A stretch of DNA of 64,000 bases from Planctomycetota bacterium (GTDB lineage Bacteria; Planctomycetota; UBA1135; UBA2386). Below are positions 17,659 through 26,743 of the stretch, in pieces. The notes below the pieces were generated by a model. That model searched no databases, was not told where the DNA came from, and saw only the letters and a list, made by a program, of their open reading frames with translations. How positions within the stretch are numbered: position 1 is the stretch's first letter; every line of letters begins with the position of its first letter. The stretch is from NCBI GenBank assembly GCA_016872675.1, contig VGZG01000010.1, positions 272 to 64,271 of the forward strand. Direction: 5' to 3'. A program made the position numbers and the translations under genes.

Positions 17659-18318
17659 CTACGGCGCCAGCGCGGCGGCGACCGACCGCACCAACTCCGC
17701 CGTGACCGCGGCCGGATCCGCCGCCGCGCCGATGGCGCCGAGAACGGCGAAGCCAGCGGGGCGCTGCGATCGTGGCAACGCCTGCGTCGCAGCGATGCGC
17801 GCCGCCGTCACGCCGCCGAGCCAATGCACCGGCAGCCGAGCCGCCGCCGTCAGTGCGCCGGCCGCCGCGACATCGAGCGCCGGATTACCCGGCTTGCTGG
17901 CAGTCGGCCAGACCGGCGAAAGCAGCGCGAAGTCGGCGCCGCCGGCAGCGGCCACGGCGAGTTCTTCGGCATCGTGGCACGAGGCGCCAAGCCACGGCGC
18001 AGCGCCGAGCACACGCCGCGCCTCGGCAACTTGCAGGCTGCGATGGCCGACCTGCGCGCCGTCACAGCAGCCACTCGCAGCGACGTCGACCCGGTCGTTC
18101 ACCAGCAGCGCGCCGCCGACCCGGGCAAACAGCGGTCGCATGCGCGCGCACGCATCGGCGAGTTGCCGCGCCGACCAACTCGGCTCGCGCAATTGCACGG
18201 CGCGCAGGCCGGCTGCCACGGCCACGGTGGCGATGCCGACCAGTCGCTCGACGTCGCCACGACCATCGCTGATCCAAAGCAGCGGTGGCAATGCGCGGGT
18301 TCGGGGAGCAGCGACCAT
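17659..18318 (-). CDS. thiE: Thiamine-phosphate synthase
   Basis: The TIM-barrel ThiE pattern is present: LRAVQLREP, LLVNDRVDVA, DGAQVGHRSL, LGASCHDAEEL, ADFALLSPVWPTASKPG. ATG 18318 is chosen; the track start is TTG 18336. Confidence 0.8.
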   Translation of the reverse strand: MVAAPRTRALPPLLWISDGRGDVERLVGIATVAVAAGLRAVQLREPSWSARQLADACARMRPLFARVGGALLVNDRVDVAASGCCDGAQVGHRSLQVAEARRVLGAAPWLGASCHDAEELAVAAAGGADFALLSPVWPTASKPGNPALDVAAAGALTAAARLPVHWLGGVTAARIAATQALPRSQRPAGFAVLGAIGAAADPAAVTAELVRSVAAALAP

Positions 18319-18418
18319 GCCGCGATTGCGCCGCAAGACCAGACCGCGCGCAAGGCCCGCGCCGCTTTACTCGTCGGCCGCGCTCGGCAGCCTGCTCGAC
18401 GCCGCGCCGGCGCGCCCT

Positions 18419-19429
18419 TCAACGGGCGCCGTACTGCTGCTTGTAGTAGTCCTGGTAGGCGCCGCTGCGCACGCGCTCCCACCACTGCCGGTTTTGCTGG
18501 TACCAGGCGACGGTCTCGCGCAGGCCGCCCTCGAACGTGTGCGCCGGCCGCCAGCCGAGCGTCGCGCACGCCTTGCTCGAGTCCATCGCGTAGCGGCGGT
18601 CGTGTCCCGGGCGATCCTTGACGTAGTGGATCAAGTCCTCGCCCTTGCCGAGCAGGCGCAGGATCTCTTTGACGACGAACAGGTTCTCGCGCTCGGCGTC
18701 GCCACCGAAGTTGTAGACCTCGCCGGCGCGGCCCTGCTCCATCGCCTTCTTGATGCCAGCACAGTGGTCGACCACGTGGATCCAGTCGCGGACGTTCTTG
18801 CCGTCGCCGTAGACAGGCAGTTTCTTGCCCTCCATGGCGTTGGCGATCATCAGCGGGATGAGCTTCTCAGGGAACTGGAACGGCCCATAGTTGTTCGAGC
18901 AGCGCGTGATCACGCAGTCCATGTGGTGCGTGTGCACGGCTGCGCGCACCATCAGGTCGCTGCTGGCCTTGCTCGCCGAGTACGGCGAGTTCGGCTGGAT
19001 TGGCGTCTCCTCGGTGAAGTAGCCCGACGCGCCGAGCGAGCCGTAGACCTCGTCGGTGCTGACGTGCACGAAGCGCTGGGTCTTGAAGACGCGAGCCTTG
19101 TCGAGCAGCACCTGCGTGCCGATGACGTTGGTGCGCACGAACGCCGTCGCGTCGAGCACCGAGCGGTCGACATGGCTTTCGGCGGCGAAGTGCACGACGA
19201 CGTCGGGTCGGCGCGCGGCGAACACCGCGTCCATCGCGGCGGCGTCGGCGATGTCGGCCTTGACGAACGCGTAGCGCTCGTGACGCTCGCAATCGACGAG
19301 GTTCTCGAGGTTGCCGGCGTAGGTCAGCGCGTCGACGTTGACGACGTGGTGATCGCTGCCCTGCAGCAGCATGCGGACGAAGTTGGAACCGATGAAGCCG
19401 GCGCCGCCGGTGACGAGGATCTTGCTCAC
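18419..19429 (-). CDS. rfbB: dTDP-glucose 4,6-dehydratase
   Basis: Motifs seen: ILVTGGAGFIGSNFV, HFAAESHVDRS, YSASKASSDLMV (YxxxK), DGKNVRDWIHVVDH. GTG 19429 is preceded by AGGAG. The longer track ORF 5' extension carries no homology. Confidence 0.9.
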   Translation of the reverse strand: MSKILVTGGAGFIGSNFVRMLLQGSDHHVVNVDALTYAGNLENLVDCERHERYAFVKADIADAAAMDAVFAARRPDVVVHFAAESHVDRSVLDATAFVRTNVIGTQVLLDKARVFKTQRFVHVSTDEVYGSLGASGYFTEETPIQPNSPYSASKASSDLMVRAAVHTHHMDCVITRCSNNYGPFQFPEKLIPLMIANAMEGKKLPVYGDGKNVRDWIHVVDHCAGIKKAMEQGRAGEVYNFGGDAERENLFVVKEILRLLGKGEDLIHYVKDRPGHDRRYAMDSSKACATLGWRPAHTFEGGLRETVAWYQQNRQWWERVRSGAYQDYYKQQYGAR

Positions 19430-19445
19430 GCTCGGTTCTCCTGAC

Positions 19446-20384
19446 TCAGTAGTGCTTGCCGCGCAGGTCGGGGATGGGCGGCGCCGTCCGGCTCGCCGCC
19501 GCGTCGAGCGGCAGGTAGCGGCGTAGCGCGTCAAGGTAGTGCGGCAACGGCTTGCCGCGCAGGCGCGTCAGCTTCTGCGTGTCGAGCACCGACCAGGACG
19601 GCCGCAGGGCTGGCGGGCGCTTGCCCTGCGCGACGAGGCCGGCGGCATACTCGGCGGCGGTCTGCGTGCCGACCACGACGTGGCCGAGCCCCGCCTCGCG
19701 CAGCACGTCGACGGCGAGCTGGTGCCACGAGCACTGCCCCTCGTTCGCCGCGTGCCAGACGCCTCCCGGCGCCCGCAGGGCAAGCAGGTCCAGCAGCGCC
19801 TCGGCGAGGTCGTGCGTCATCGTCGGCCGACCGACCTGGTCGGTGACCACCTTCAACGGCTGGCCGGAACGGGCGCGGTCGAGCATCGTCCGAGGGAAGT
19901 TGCGCCCGCCCGGCCCGAACACCCAGCTGGTGCGCACGACGTGGAAGTCGGGGCGGCCGTGCGCGAGCACGGCCTCTTCACCGCGGCGCTTGCTGGCGCC
20001 GTACACCGACAGCGGCGACGCGGCCGCGTCGACCGGATACGGCGCGGTTGCCGTGCCGTCGAAGACGAAGTCGGTGCTGACGTAGACCAGGGCGGCGCCG
20101 GCCGCGGCAGCGGCTTCGGCCACCCAGGCGGTGGCCAGGCCGTTGATGCGATGGGCCGCCAGCGGGTCCAGTTCGCAGCCGTCGACGTTGGTGATGGCGC
20201 CGCAGTGCACGACAGCGCGTGGTGCCTGGGCCGCCACGGTGCGTGCGATCGCCGCCTGCTGGTCGAGCGGCATTTCCGCCACGTCGACGCCGACGACGCA
20301 AAGGCCGCGCGCGGCGCCCTGCGCGACGACGACCCGCCCGAGCTGCCCGGCCGCGCCGGTGACCAGCAGGTCGACCCCGCTCAT
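19446..20384 (-). CDS. rfbD: dTDP-4-dehydrorhamnose reductase
   Basis: Motifs seen: LLVTGAAGQLG, STDFVFDG, YGASKRRGE, RTSWVFG. ATG 20384 overlaps the rmlA stop (ATGA). The upstream part of the 559-aa track ORF is out of frame over rmlA. Confidence 0.85.
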   Translation of the reverse strand: MSGVDLLVTGAAGQLGRVVVAQGAARGLCVVGVDVAEMPLDQQAAIARTVAAQAPRAVVHCGAITNVDGCELDPLAAHRINGLATAWVAEAAAAAGAALVYVSTDFVFDGTATAPYPVDAAASPLSVYGASKRRGEEAVLAHGRPDFHVVRTSWVFGPGGRNFPRTMLDRARSGQPLKVVTDQVGRPTMTHDLAEALLDLLALRAPGGVWHAANEGQCSWHQLAVDVLREAGLGHVVVGTQTAAEYAAGLVAQGKRPPALRPSWSVLDTQKLTRLRGKPLPHYLDALRRYLPLDAAASRTAPPIPDLRGKHY

Positions 20385-21118
20385 CCGATGTCCATGCGGT
20401 TGGCGCCGTTCTCGCGCACCAGCGTCGCTGACCGGTACAGCGACTCGAACGTGCCGGCGTCGGTCCACCAGCCCCTGAGCACGTCGTAGGTCAGGTTGCC
20501 GCGGCGCACATACTCGTTGTTGACGTCGGTGATCTCGAGTTCGCCGCGATTCGACGGCTTCAGCGTGCGGCAGATGTCGAACACCGCTGCGTCGTACATG
20601 TAGATGCCGATCACCGCGAGGTTGGTCTCGGGCTGCTTCGGCTTCTCGACGATCTTCAGAACCTTGCCATCCTGGATCGTGGCGACGCCGAAGCGCTGCG
20701 GGTCGTGGACCTCCTTGAGCAGGATCTTGGCGCCGCCGCCCTGCCGCTTGAAGTCGTCGACCGCCTTCTTGATGTTGCCCTCGATGATGTTGTCGCCAAG
20801 CACGACGCAGATCGAGTCGCCCTCGGCGAAGGACTCCGCCAGCTTGAGCGCGTCGGCGATGCCGCCCTCGCCCTCCTGGTAGGCGTAGTGCACGCGCTTG
20901 AGGCCGAAGTCGGCGCCGTTGCGCAGCAGTTGCAGGAAGTGCCCCGCCGAGTTGCCGCCGGTCACCACCATGATCTCGGTGATCCCCGCGTTCACGAGGC
21001 ACTCGAGCGGGTAGTAGATCATCGGCTTGTTGAAGACCGGCAACAGGTGCTTGTTGGTGATCTTCGTCAGCGGGTAGAGGCGGCTGCCGAGTCCACCTGC
21101 GAGAACGACTCCTTTCAT
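20381..21118 (-). CDS. rfbA: Glucose-1-phosphate thymidylyltransferase-like sugar nucleotidyltransferase (short form)
   Basis: N-terminal MKGVVLAGGLGSRLYPLTKITNKHLLPV (GxGxRLxPLT), LGDNI, EKP. ATGA overlap with the upstream gene. Confidence 0.8.
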   Translation of the reverse strand: MKGVVLAGGLGSRLYPLTKITNKHLLPVFNKPMIYYPLECLVNAGITEIMVVTGGNSAGHFLQLLRNGADFGLKRVHYAYQEGEGGIADALKLAESFAEGDSICVVLGDNIIEGNIKKAVDDFKRQGGGAKILLKEVHDPQRFGVATIQDGKVLKIVEKPKQPETNLAVIGIYMYDAAVFDICRTLKPSNRGELEITDVNNEYVRRGNLTYDVLRGWWTDAGTFESLYRSATLVRENGANRMDIG

Positions 21119-22077
21119 GGCGCAATCATCCGTCGGGAACGGTCCCGGTACCAGTCGAACGTCCGACGCAATCCTTCGGTGAGACCGATGCGCGGCGCGA
21201 AGCCGAAGACGGCGGCGGCACGGCGTGAATCCGCGAGCGAGTGGCGCACGTCGCCCGCACGGGGCGGCGCGTGGACTGGCGCCGCCACGGGCGCGCCACC
21301 GAGGTGCGGTTTGGCCAACGCCGCCAGCGCCGCGTGCAGGTCGAGCACCGTGGTCGCCTGGCCGTAGGCGAGGTTCACCGTCTCGCAGCCGACGGTGCTG
21401 GCATCGAGGGCCTGGACGACGCCGGCGACAACGTCCTCGACGTAGGTGAAGTCGCGCGCCTGCAGGCCGTCGCCATCGATGCGCGCGGGGCGGCCTTCCA
21501 GCAGCGCGCGGCAGAAGGCCGCGATCACGCCCGAATACGGGCTGTCGGCGGGCTGCCGCGGGCCGAAGACGTTGAAGAAGCGCGTGACCACCACCTGCAG
21601 GCCGTAGACGCGCGCGAACGAGCGACAGTACAGCTCACCGGCGAGCTTGGCGGCGGCGTACGGCGACAGCGGGTCCTCGCGCAGGCCTTCGTGCTTCTGC
21701 AGCGCCTCCTGGTTGCCGTAGGCCGAACTGCTACCGGCATAGACGACGCGCGCGCCGCGCTGCCGCGCCGCGTCGAGCACCATCAGCGTGCCCGTCGCGC
21801 CAGCGTGGTGCGAGTCCACCGGCCGTTCGACCGAGCGCGCCACCGATGGCAGCGCCGCGAGGTGAACGACCTTGTCGACGCCGGCGAACGCGTCGTCGAG
21901 CGCGGCGCGGTCGGTGATCGAACCGTGCACGAAGCGCGCGCGCCGACCGTCGAGGTTGTCGCGCCGGCCCGTCGACAGGTCGTCGAGCACGACGACGTCG
22001 CGGCCATGCCGCTCCAGGAGTTCGACGACGTGCGAGCCGACGAAGCCCGCGCCGCCGGTGACCAGGATCCTTGTCAC
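21115..22077 (-). CDS. NAD-dependent epimerase/dehydratase (extended SDR)
   Basis: Motifs seen: ILVTGGAGFVGSHVV, SSSAYG, YAAAKLAGE (YxxxK). GTG 22077 is preceded by GGGAGG and overlaps the upstream stop (GTGA). Substrate specificity cannot be told from sequence by eye. Confidence 0.8.
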   Translation of the reverse strand: MTRILVTGGAGFVGSHVVELLERHGRDVVVLDDLSTGRRDNLDGRRARFVHGSITDRAALDDAFAGVDKVVHLAALPSVARSVERPVDSHHAGATGTLMVLDAARQRGARVVYAGSSSAYGNQEALQKHEGLREDPLSPYAAAKLAGELYCRSFARVYGLQVVVTRFFNVFGPRQPADSPYSGVIAAFCRALLEGRPARIDGDGLQARDFTYVEDVVAGVVQALDASTVGCETVNLAYGQATTVLDLHAALAALAKPHLGGAPVAAPVHAPPRAGDVRHSLADSRRAAAVFGFAPRIGLTEGLRRTFDWYRDRSRRMIAP

Positions 22078-23057
22078 GGCAGCCTCCCGGCTCGCTTCTC
22101 GGCGAGGTACCACGCGCAGAAACGGTCGACGCCGGCGGCGATCGAAGTACCCGGCCGGTAGCCCAGGTCGCGCGCCGCGAGACCAACGTCCGCGTAGGTC
22201 ACTGGCACGTCGCCCGGTTGTTCGGGCAACCGCTGCAACTCCGCTTTACGGCCGAGCGCCCGCTCGAGGTGCGCCACTAGCTCGGCGAGCGACGTGGTCG
22301 CTGATCCGCCCAGGTTGTAGATGGCGTAGGGCTTCGGCGGCGCCGTCGCCGCCACCACGCCGCTGACGATGTCATCGACGTAGGTGTAGTCGCGCCGCGT
22401 CGTGCCGTCGCCGAAGAACGGGATCGGCTTGCCGTCAGTGATCAGACGGACGAACTGGTGGATCGCCATTTCCGGCCGCTGCCGCGGTCCGTAGACGGTG
22501 AAGAAGCGCAGGCAGACGACCTTGTTGCCGCGCAGGCGATGCCATGTGTGGCTCAGCAACTCGCCGGCCTTCTTGCTGGCGGCGTACGGCGAGACCGGCT
22601 GATCGACCGGGTCGGACTCAGCGAACGGCACCTTGACGTTGCCGCCGTACACCGAACTGCTGCTGCCAAACACGACCGTCACGCCCCGGTCGTCGATCTG
22701 CGACAACAACGTCTGCGTGCCGGTGACGTTGACGTCCATGTAGCGGACCGGGTCGGCGATCGACGGCCGGACGCCGGCCAGCGCCGCGAGGTGCACGACA
22801 CAGGTCGCGCCCGCTACCGCCTGCCGGCAGGCCGTCGCGTCGCGCAGGTCGCCGGGCACGAATGCGAAACGGTCCTTGCCGATCGCCGCCAGCCGATCGA
22901 GGTTCGCCTGTTTGAGGCGGACGTCGTAGTACGGATCGAGGTTGTCGAAGACACGCACGGCATCGCCGCGGGCGAGCAGGCGCTCCGCGACGTGCGAGCC
23001 GATGAATCCGGCTCCGCCAGTGATCAGGACGAGCGGCACTCGCCTAGGTAACCTCAT
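22074..23057 (-). CDS. NAD-dependent epimerase/dehydratase (UDP-glucuronate 4-epimerase-like)
   Basis: Motifs seen: VLITGGAGFIGSHVAERLL, FDNLDPYYDVRLKQANL, SSSSVYG, YAASKKAGE. ATG 23057 is chosen (MRLPRR..); the track ORF extends to 23114. Confidence 0.8.
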   Translation of the reverse strand: MRLPRRVPLVLITGGAGFIGSHVAERLLARGDAVRVFDNLDPYYDVRLKQANLDRLAAIGKDRFAFVPGDLRDATACRQAVAGATCVVHLAALAGVRPSIADPVRYMDVNVTGTQTLLSQIDDRGVTVVFGSSSSVYGGNVKVPFAESDPVDQPVSPYAASKKAGELLSHTWHRLRGNKVVCLRFFTVYGPRQRPEMAIHQFVRLITDGKPIPFFGDGTTRRDYTYVDDIVSGVVAATAPPKPYAIYNLGGSATTSLAELVAHLERALGRKAELQRLPEQPGDVPVTYADVGLAARDLGYRPGTSIAAGVDRFCAWYLAEKRAGRLP

Positions 23058-23143
23058 CCCGGCGCGTGATTCCATGCCCGGCCAGGTCGCGTGCCCCGCC
23101 TCCGACCATGCCATGGCCGGCAGCCTGCGGTACCATCGCAGGT

Positions 23144-23941
23144 ATGTCCCGCCATCTACTTCTCTGGCGCCTCGCCTGCTGCGCGTTCGCCGCGCTCGCC
23201 GGCGCCCAGGCGCCAGCGGTGCCGCCGATCGACCCGACGCTGCCCGAGCGCCTCAAGGACCTCAAGGCCCTCATCGCCGACACCAAGATGCTCGGCGACA
23301 TGCAGGCCCTCGGCTTGATGCAGAAGCTCACGCAGGAGCTCGACGCGCGCAATCCCAAGGACAAGGAGCGGCTCGCCAGGGGTTTCGGCGAAGTGTTCCG
23401 CACTGGCAAACTGCGCACCGGCCCCAAGGAAGCGCTGTACCGCGAGACGGCCGACGAGTTGGCGAAGCTCGGCGCCGACGGCGCGAAGGAAATCGCCAAG
23501 GCCTTCGGCGAACCGCGGTTCAAGGACAACCACGCGCTGCAATCGCACTTCCTGCTCGCGCTCGGCCGCACCAAGGACGACAAGCAAGTCGACCTGCTGC
23601 TCGAGACGACGACACGCTCGCCCATCGACGTGCTTCGCGGGGCGGCCGGCGAAGCGCTCGGCAACTACACCGAGTTGGAGATCAGGCCGCGGCGCGAGGT
23701 CGTCAAAGCGATCGTTCGCGAATGGGGCAGTCTGCACGCGAAGGCGACGGAGCCGGCGCCCACCGATCCCAGCGCGCCGGTCGACATGGGACCGCAGAAC
23801 GCCCGCCAGACCCTGCGCGAGTGCGAGGGCAAGTGGGCGAACACGCTCGCTCGCTTGACCAGCACGTCGCACTCCGGCTTCATGGAGTGGCAGCGCTGGC
23901 TCAACAAGAACCCCAACTGGACGCCGGCGAAGACCAAGTGA
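23144..23941 (+). CDS. Secreted helical-repeat (HEAT-like) hypothetical protein
   Basis: ATG 23144 gives the signal peptide MSRHLLLWRLACCAFAALAGAQA. The protein is helical and Lys/Glu/Leu-rich with HEAT-like stretches. Confidence 0.6.
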   Translation: MSRHLLLWRLACCAFAALAGAQAPAVPPIDPTLPERLKDLKALIADTKMLGDMQALGLMQKLTQELDARNPKDKERLARGFGEVFRTGKLRTGPKEALYRETADELAKLGADGAKEIAKAFGEPRFKDNHALQSHFLLALGRTKDDKQVDLLLETTTRSPIDVLRGAAGEALGNYTELEIRPRREVVKAIVREWGSLHAKATEPAPTDPSAPVDMGPQNARQTLRECEGKWANTLARLTSTSHSGFMEWQRWLNKNPNWTPAKTK

Positions 23942-25041
23942 GCGCGACGCCTCTGCTGCCGCAGCTGCGCGCCCTCGCCGCCTGCGCGCTGTTCGCGGCG
24001 CTCGGCGCCGCGCAGGCCGAAGCACCGGCCGCGGCGGTCGCGCGCCTGCGCAAGCCGGATCTGACGCTCGACGACGCGCGTGCGATCGTGCCGCAACTGA
24101 TCACGGCGCCGGTGACTCTGCGCCTGCAGGCGAGTGACGCATTGCGCGGCGCCTACATGCTACGACTCGCCAAGCACGCCAAGGCCTGCGGCGAGTTCGG
24201 CAGGGCAATCGCGACGGCAGCGCCAAGACGCGCCGAACCCAAGGGCGGCAAGAAGGACGCCGCGGACCCAGTCGACGGCGCGCGCGGTCGTGCGCTCGCC
24301 GCTTCGCGCCGCGGCGACCTCAGCAAGGAGACGATCTTGGGCGTGATTGATCCCGAGGTGCGAGCGCTGGAAGACCTGCTGTGGCCGGCGCGTGACGCGC
24401 TGGTCGCAGACCACCCTGGCCTGCAGTTGGCCTTCGACGCCTTGCGGGAAGCGCGCGCCGGACTGCCCAGTTGGCACGCGCTCTACGGCGAGGCGACGGC
24501 CGGACTCGAACTGCACCCGGACGCCGAGAAGCACTTCCTCAAGAACCCGCCCCCCACGCCGCCGCCGCCGGTGGCCGGACTCGACGACGAGTGGACGGTC
24601 TGGACGCTGCTGGCCCTGCCGCTGTCGGCTCGCGACCGCAGCGCCCTCGAAGCCAACGAGGCCTTCCGCGCCACCATGGACCCCGAGGAGGTCGCCGGGA
24701 ACACCGCCCTGAATCGCCTGCGCTGGTTGCTCGGCCTGCCACTGCTGCGCATCGACGCCAAGCTGGCGGCGGCCGCCCGCGACCACTCGCTCGACATGGA
24801 GACGCTAGGCTTCTTCGCCCACGAGTCGCCAGTTGCCGGCAAGAGGTCCCCCGGCGACCGCGCCGCGCGCTTTGGAACCTCCGGTGGCGCCGAGAACATC
24901 GCCGCCGGCCAGAGCGCCGGACCGGACGCCGTGCGCGCCTGGTGGTACAGCCCAGGCCACCACAAGAACATGCTCGGCGGCCACGCCCGAGTCGGCCTCG
25001 GTCGCCATGCCCAGAAGTGGACGCAGTTGTTCGGCGGATAA
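23938..25041 (+). CDS. Secreted CAP/SCP (cysteine-rich secretory protein family) domain protein
   Basis: GTG 23938 overlaps the upstream stop (GTGA). The signal peptide is LLPQLRALAACALFAALGAAQA. The C-terminal CAP-like text is HSLDMETLGFFAHESP..GENIAAG..VRAWWYSPGHHKNML. Confidence 0.7.
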   Translation: MSATPLLPQLRALAACALFAALGAAQAEAPAAAVARLRKPDLTLDDARAIVPQLITAPVTLRLQASDALRGAYMLRLAKHAKACGEFGRAIATAAPRRAEPKGGKKDAADPVDGARGRALAASRRGDLSKETILGVIDPEVRALEDLLWPARDALVADHPGLQLAFDALREARAGLPSWHALYGEATAGLELHPDAEKHFLKNPPPTPPPPVAGLDDEWTVWTLLALPLSARDRSALEANEAFRATMDPEEVAGNTALNRLRWLLGLPLLRIDAKLAAAARDHSLDMETLGFFAHESPVAGKRSPGDRAARFGTSGGAENIAAGQSAGPDAVRAWWYSPGHHKNMLGGHARVGLGRHAQKWTQLFGG

Positions 25042-25045
25042 GCCC

Positions 25046-26731
25046 TTGGCTTCGACAGGTCGTAGACTAGGGCCGCCACCCGTGGCCGCCCTTCCGCACA
25101 TCGCCGTCGCCGTGCTTGCCGTCGCCGCCGGCTGCGCCGCGCAGCTGCCAGCGCCGTTCGTGCCGCCGCAGAACCCGCTGACGCCGTCGAAGGTCGTGCT
25201 CGGCAAGATCCTGTTCTGGGAGGAGCAACTGGCGAGCGACGACAGTGTCGCGTGCGGCACGTGCCACCTGCCGGAGTTCGGCGGCAGCGACGGCCGCGCG
25301 GCCGGCGGCCTGCACCCAGGCATCGACAACCTGTTCGGCACCGCTGACGACATCCGTGGCTCTGCTGGCATCGTCAAGCAGGAGCCCAACGGCGACTTTG
25401 GCTTCAGCAGCCAGTTCGGCGTCCGCCGTCAGGCCACCGGCCGGACCAGCCCGTCGATGATGGGCGCGGCGCACCACGTCGAGCTGTTCTGGGACGGCCG
25501 CGCCGGCACGCGGTTCCTCGACCCCGAGACCGGCGCCGTGGTCATCCCCATCGGTGGCGCGCTTGAGAACCAGGCCGTTGGTCCGATCCTCAACCCCGTC
25601 GAGATGGGCAAGATCGGACGAACGTGGCAGGACGTCCGCCAGAAGCTGCAGGCCGCGACGCCACTGCGCCTCGCCAGCAACCTGCCCGGCGATGTCACCG
25701 CCGCCATCCAGCAGAGTCCCAGCTACCCGCTGCTGTTCACCGCGGCGTTCGGCGACCCGTCGATCACCGCCGCGCGCATCGGCATGGCGCTGGCGAGCTA
25801 CCAGCGAACGCTGAACCCCGACGACACACCGTGGGACCGCTATGTGGCCGGCCAGAGCAACGCGCTGACGCCGGCGCAGAAGACCGGCTGGCAACTGTTC
25901 CAGAACCAGGGGCGCTGCGCCGCCTGCCACTGGGATCCGCTGTTCTCCGACGACCTATTCCACAACCTCGGCCTGCGCTTCGTCGCCGAGGACGTCGGTC
26001 GCGGCCAGTTCACGCCATACGCTGAGGACCAGGGCGCGTTCAAGACGCCGACGCTACGCAACGTCGGCCTGCGGCCACGCCTGTTCCACAACGGCCAGTC
26101 CCCCGCGCTGGGCGATTCGTCGCAGTGGACCGATCCGAACTCGACGCTCAACGTGTACTTCGTCGGCGGCGGCGTCGATCTGTCGAACCTCGATCCGTTC
26201 ATGCTGCCGCTCAATCTGCTCGGCGTTTCGATCAACGACGTCGCGCTGATCCAGGACTTCGTCCGTGACGGCCTCACCGACCAGCGCGCCGCCTTGCGCC
26301 TGCCGCCGTTCGACCATCCCGACCTGCGCAGCGCCGTTCAGGCGCCGCCACGCGTGTTCGGCCCGAGCCTCGCCGGCCAGTTCGAGCCGCGCCTGATCGA
26401 CAGCGTGCCGACGTATCCCGGCAACGCCGACTTCAAGCTCGGCCTCGCCGCCGGCGTCGGCCCCACCACGGCGATCGTCACTTGGGGTTTCACGTCGATC
26501 GAGCCGAACGCGTCGCTCGCCGGCCTGCCGTGGCAGTTGAACGTCGCCGGCTGGAACGCCTTCGCGCTCAACGGCCCACCGGGCCGGCCGGGCCTGGCGA
26601 CGTGGCGGTTGCCGGCGCCGAACGACCCCGGGCTTGCGAGCGTGCCGCTGTACTTCCAACTGCTCGCGCTCGATCCGAGCGCTCCGGGCGGCATCGCCGC
26701 CAGCAGCGGTTGGGAGTTCTTCGTCCGCTGA
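25046..26731 (+). CDS. Di-heme cytochrome c peroxidase (CCP/MauG family) with a roughly 130-aa C-terminal extension
   Basis: Two CxxCH heme motifs (CGTCH, CAACH) and FKTPTLRNVGLRPRLFHNG. The start is uncertain. TTG 25046 gives a lipoprotein-like signal (..RRLGPPPVAALPHIAVAVLAVAAGC). GTG 25082 and ATG 25007 are alternatives. Confidence 0.85.
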   Translation: MASTGRRLGPPPVAALPHIAVAVLAVAAGCAAQLPAPFVPPQNPLTPSKVVLGKILFWEEQLASDDSVACGTCHLPEFGGSDGRAAGGLHPGIDNLFGTADDIRGSAGIVKQEPNGDFGFSSQFGVRRQATGRTSPSMMGAAHHVELFWDGRAGTRFLDPETGAVVIPIGGALENQAVGPILNPVEMGKIGRTWQDVRQKLQAATPLRLASNLPGDVTAAIQQSPSYPLLFTAAFGDPSITAARIGMALASYQRTLNPDDTPWDRYVAGQSNALTPAQKTGWQLFQNQGRCAACHWDPLFSDDLFHNLGLRFVAEDVGRGQFTPYAEDQGAFKTPTLRNVGLRPRLFHNGQSPALGDSSQWTDPNSTLNVYFVGGGVDLSNLDPFMLPLNLLGVSINDVALIQDFVRDGLTDQRAALRLPPFDHPDLRSAVQAPPRVFGPSLAGQFEPRLIDSVPTYPGNADFKLGLAAGVGPTTAIVTWGFTSIEPNASLAGLPWQLNVAGWNAFALNGPPGRPGLATWRLPAPNDPGLASVPLYFQLLALDPSAPGGIAASSGWEFFVR

Positions 26732-26743
26732 CCGCGCCGACGA

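Noticed and set aside
20385-21125. The N-terminal extension of the 559-aa minus-strand ORF containing rmlD.
   Set aside because: It runs out of frame over the rmlA-like gene. The RmlD homology, including the GxxGxxG fingerprint, begins at ATG 20384.
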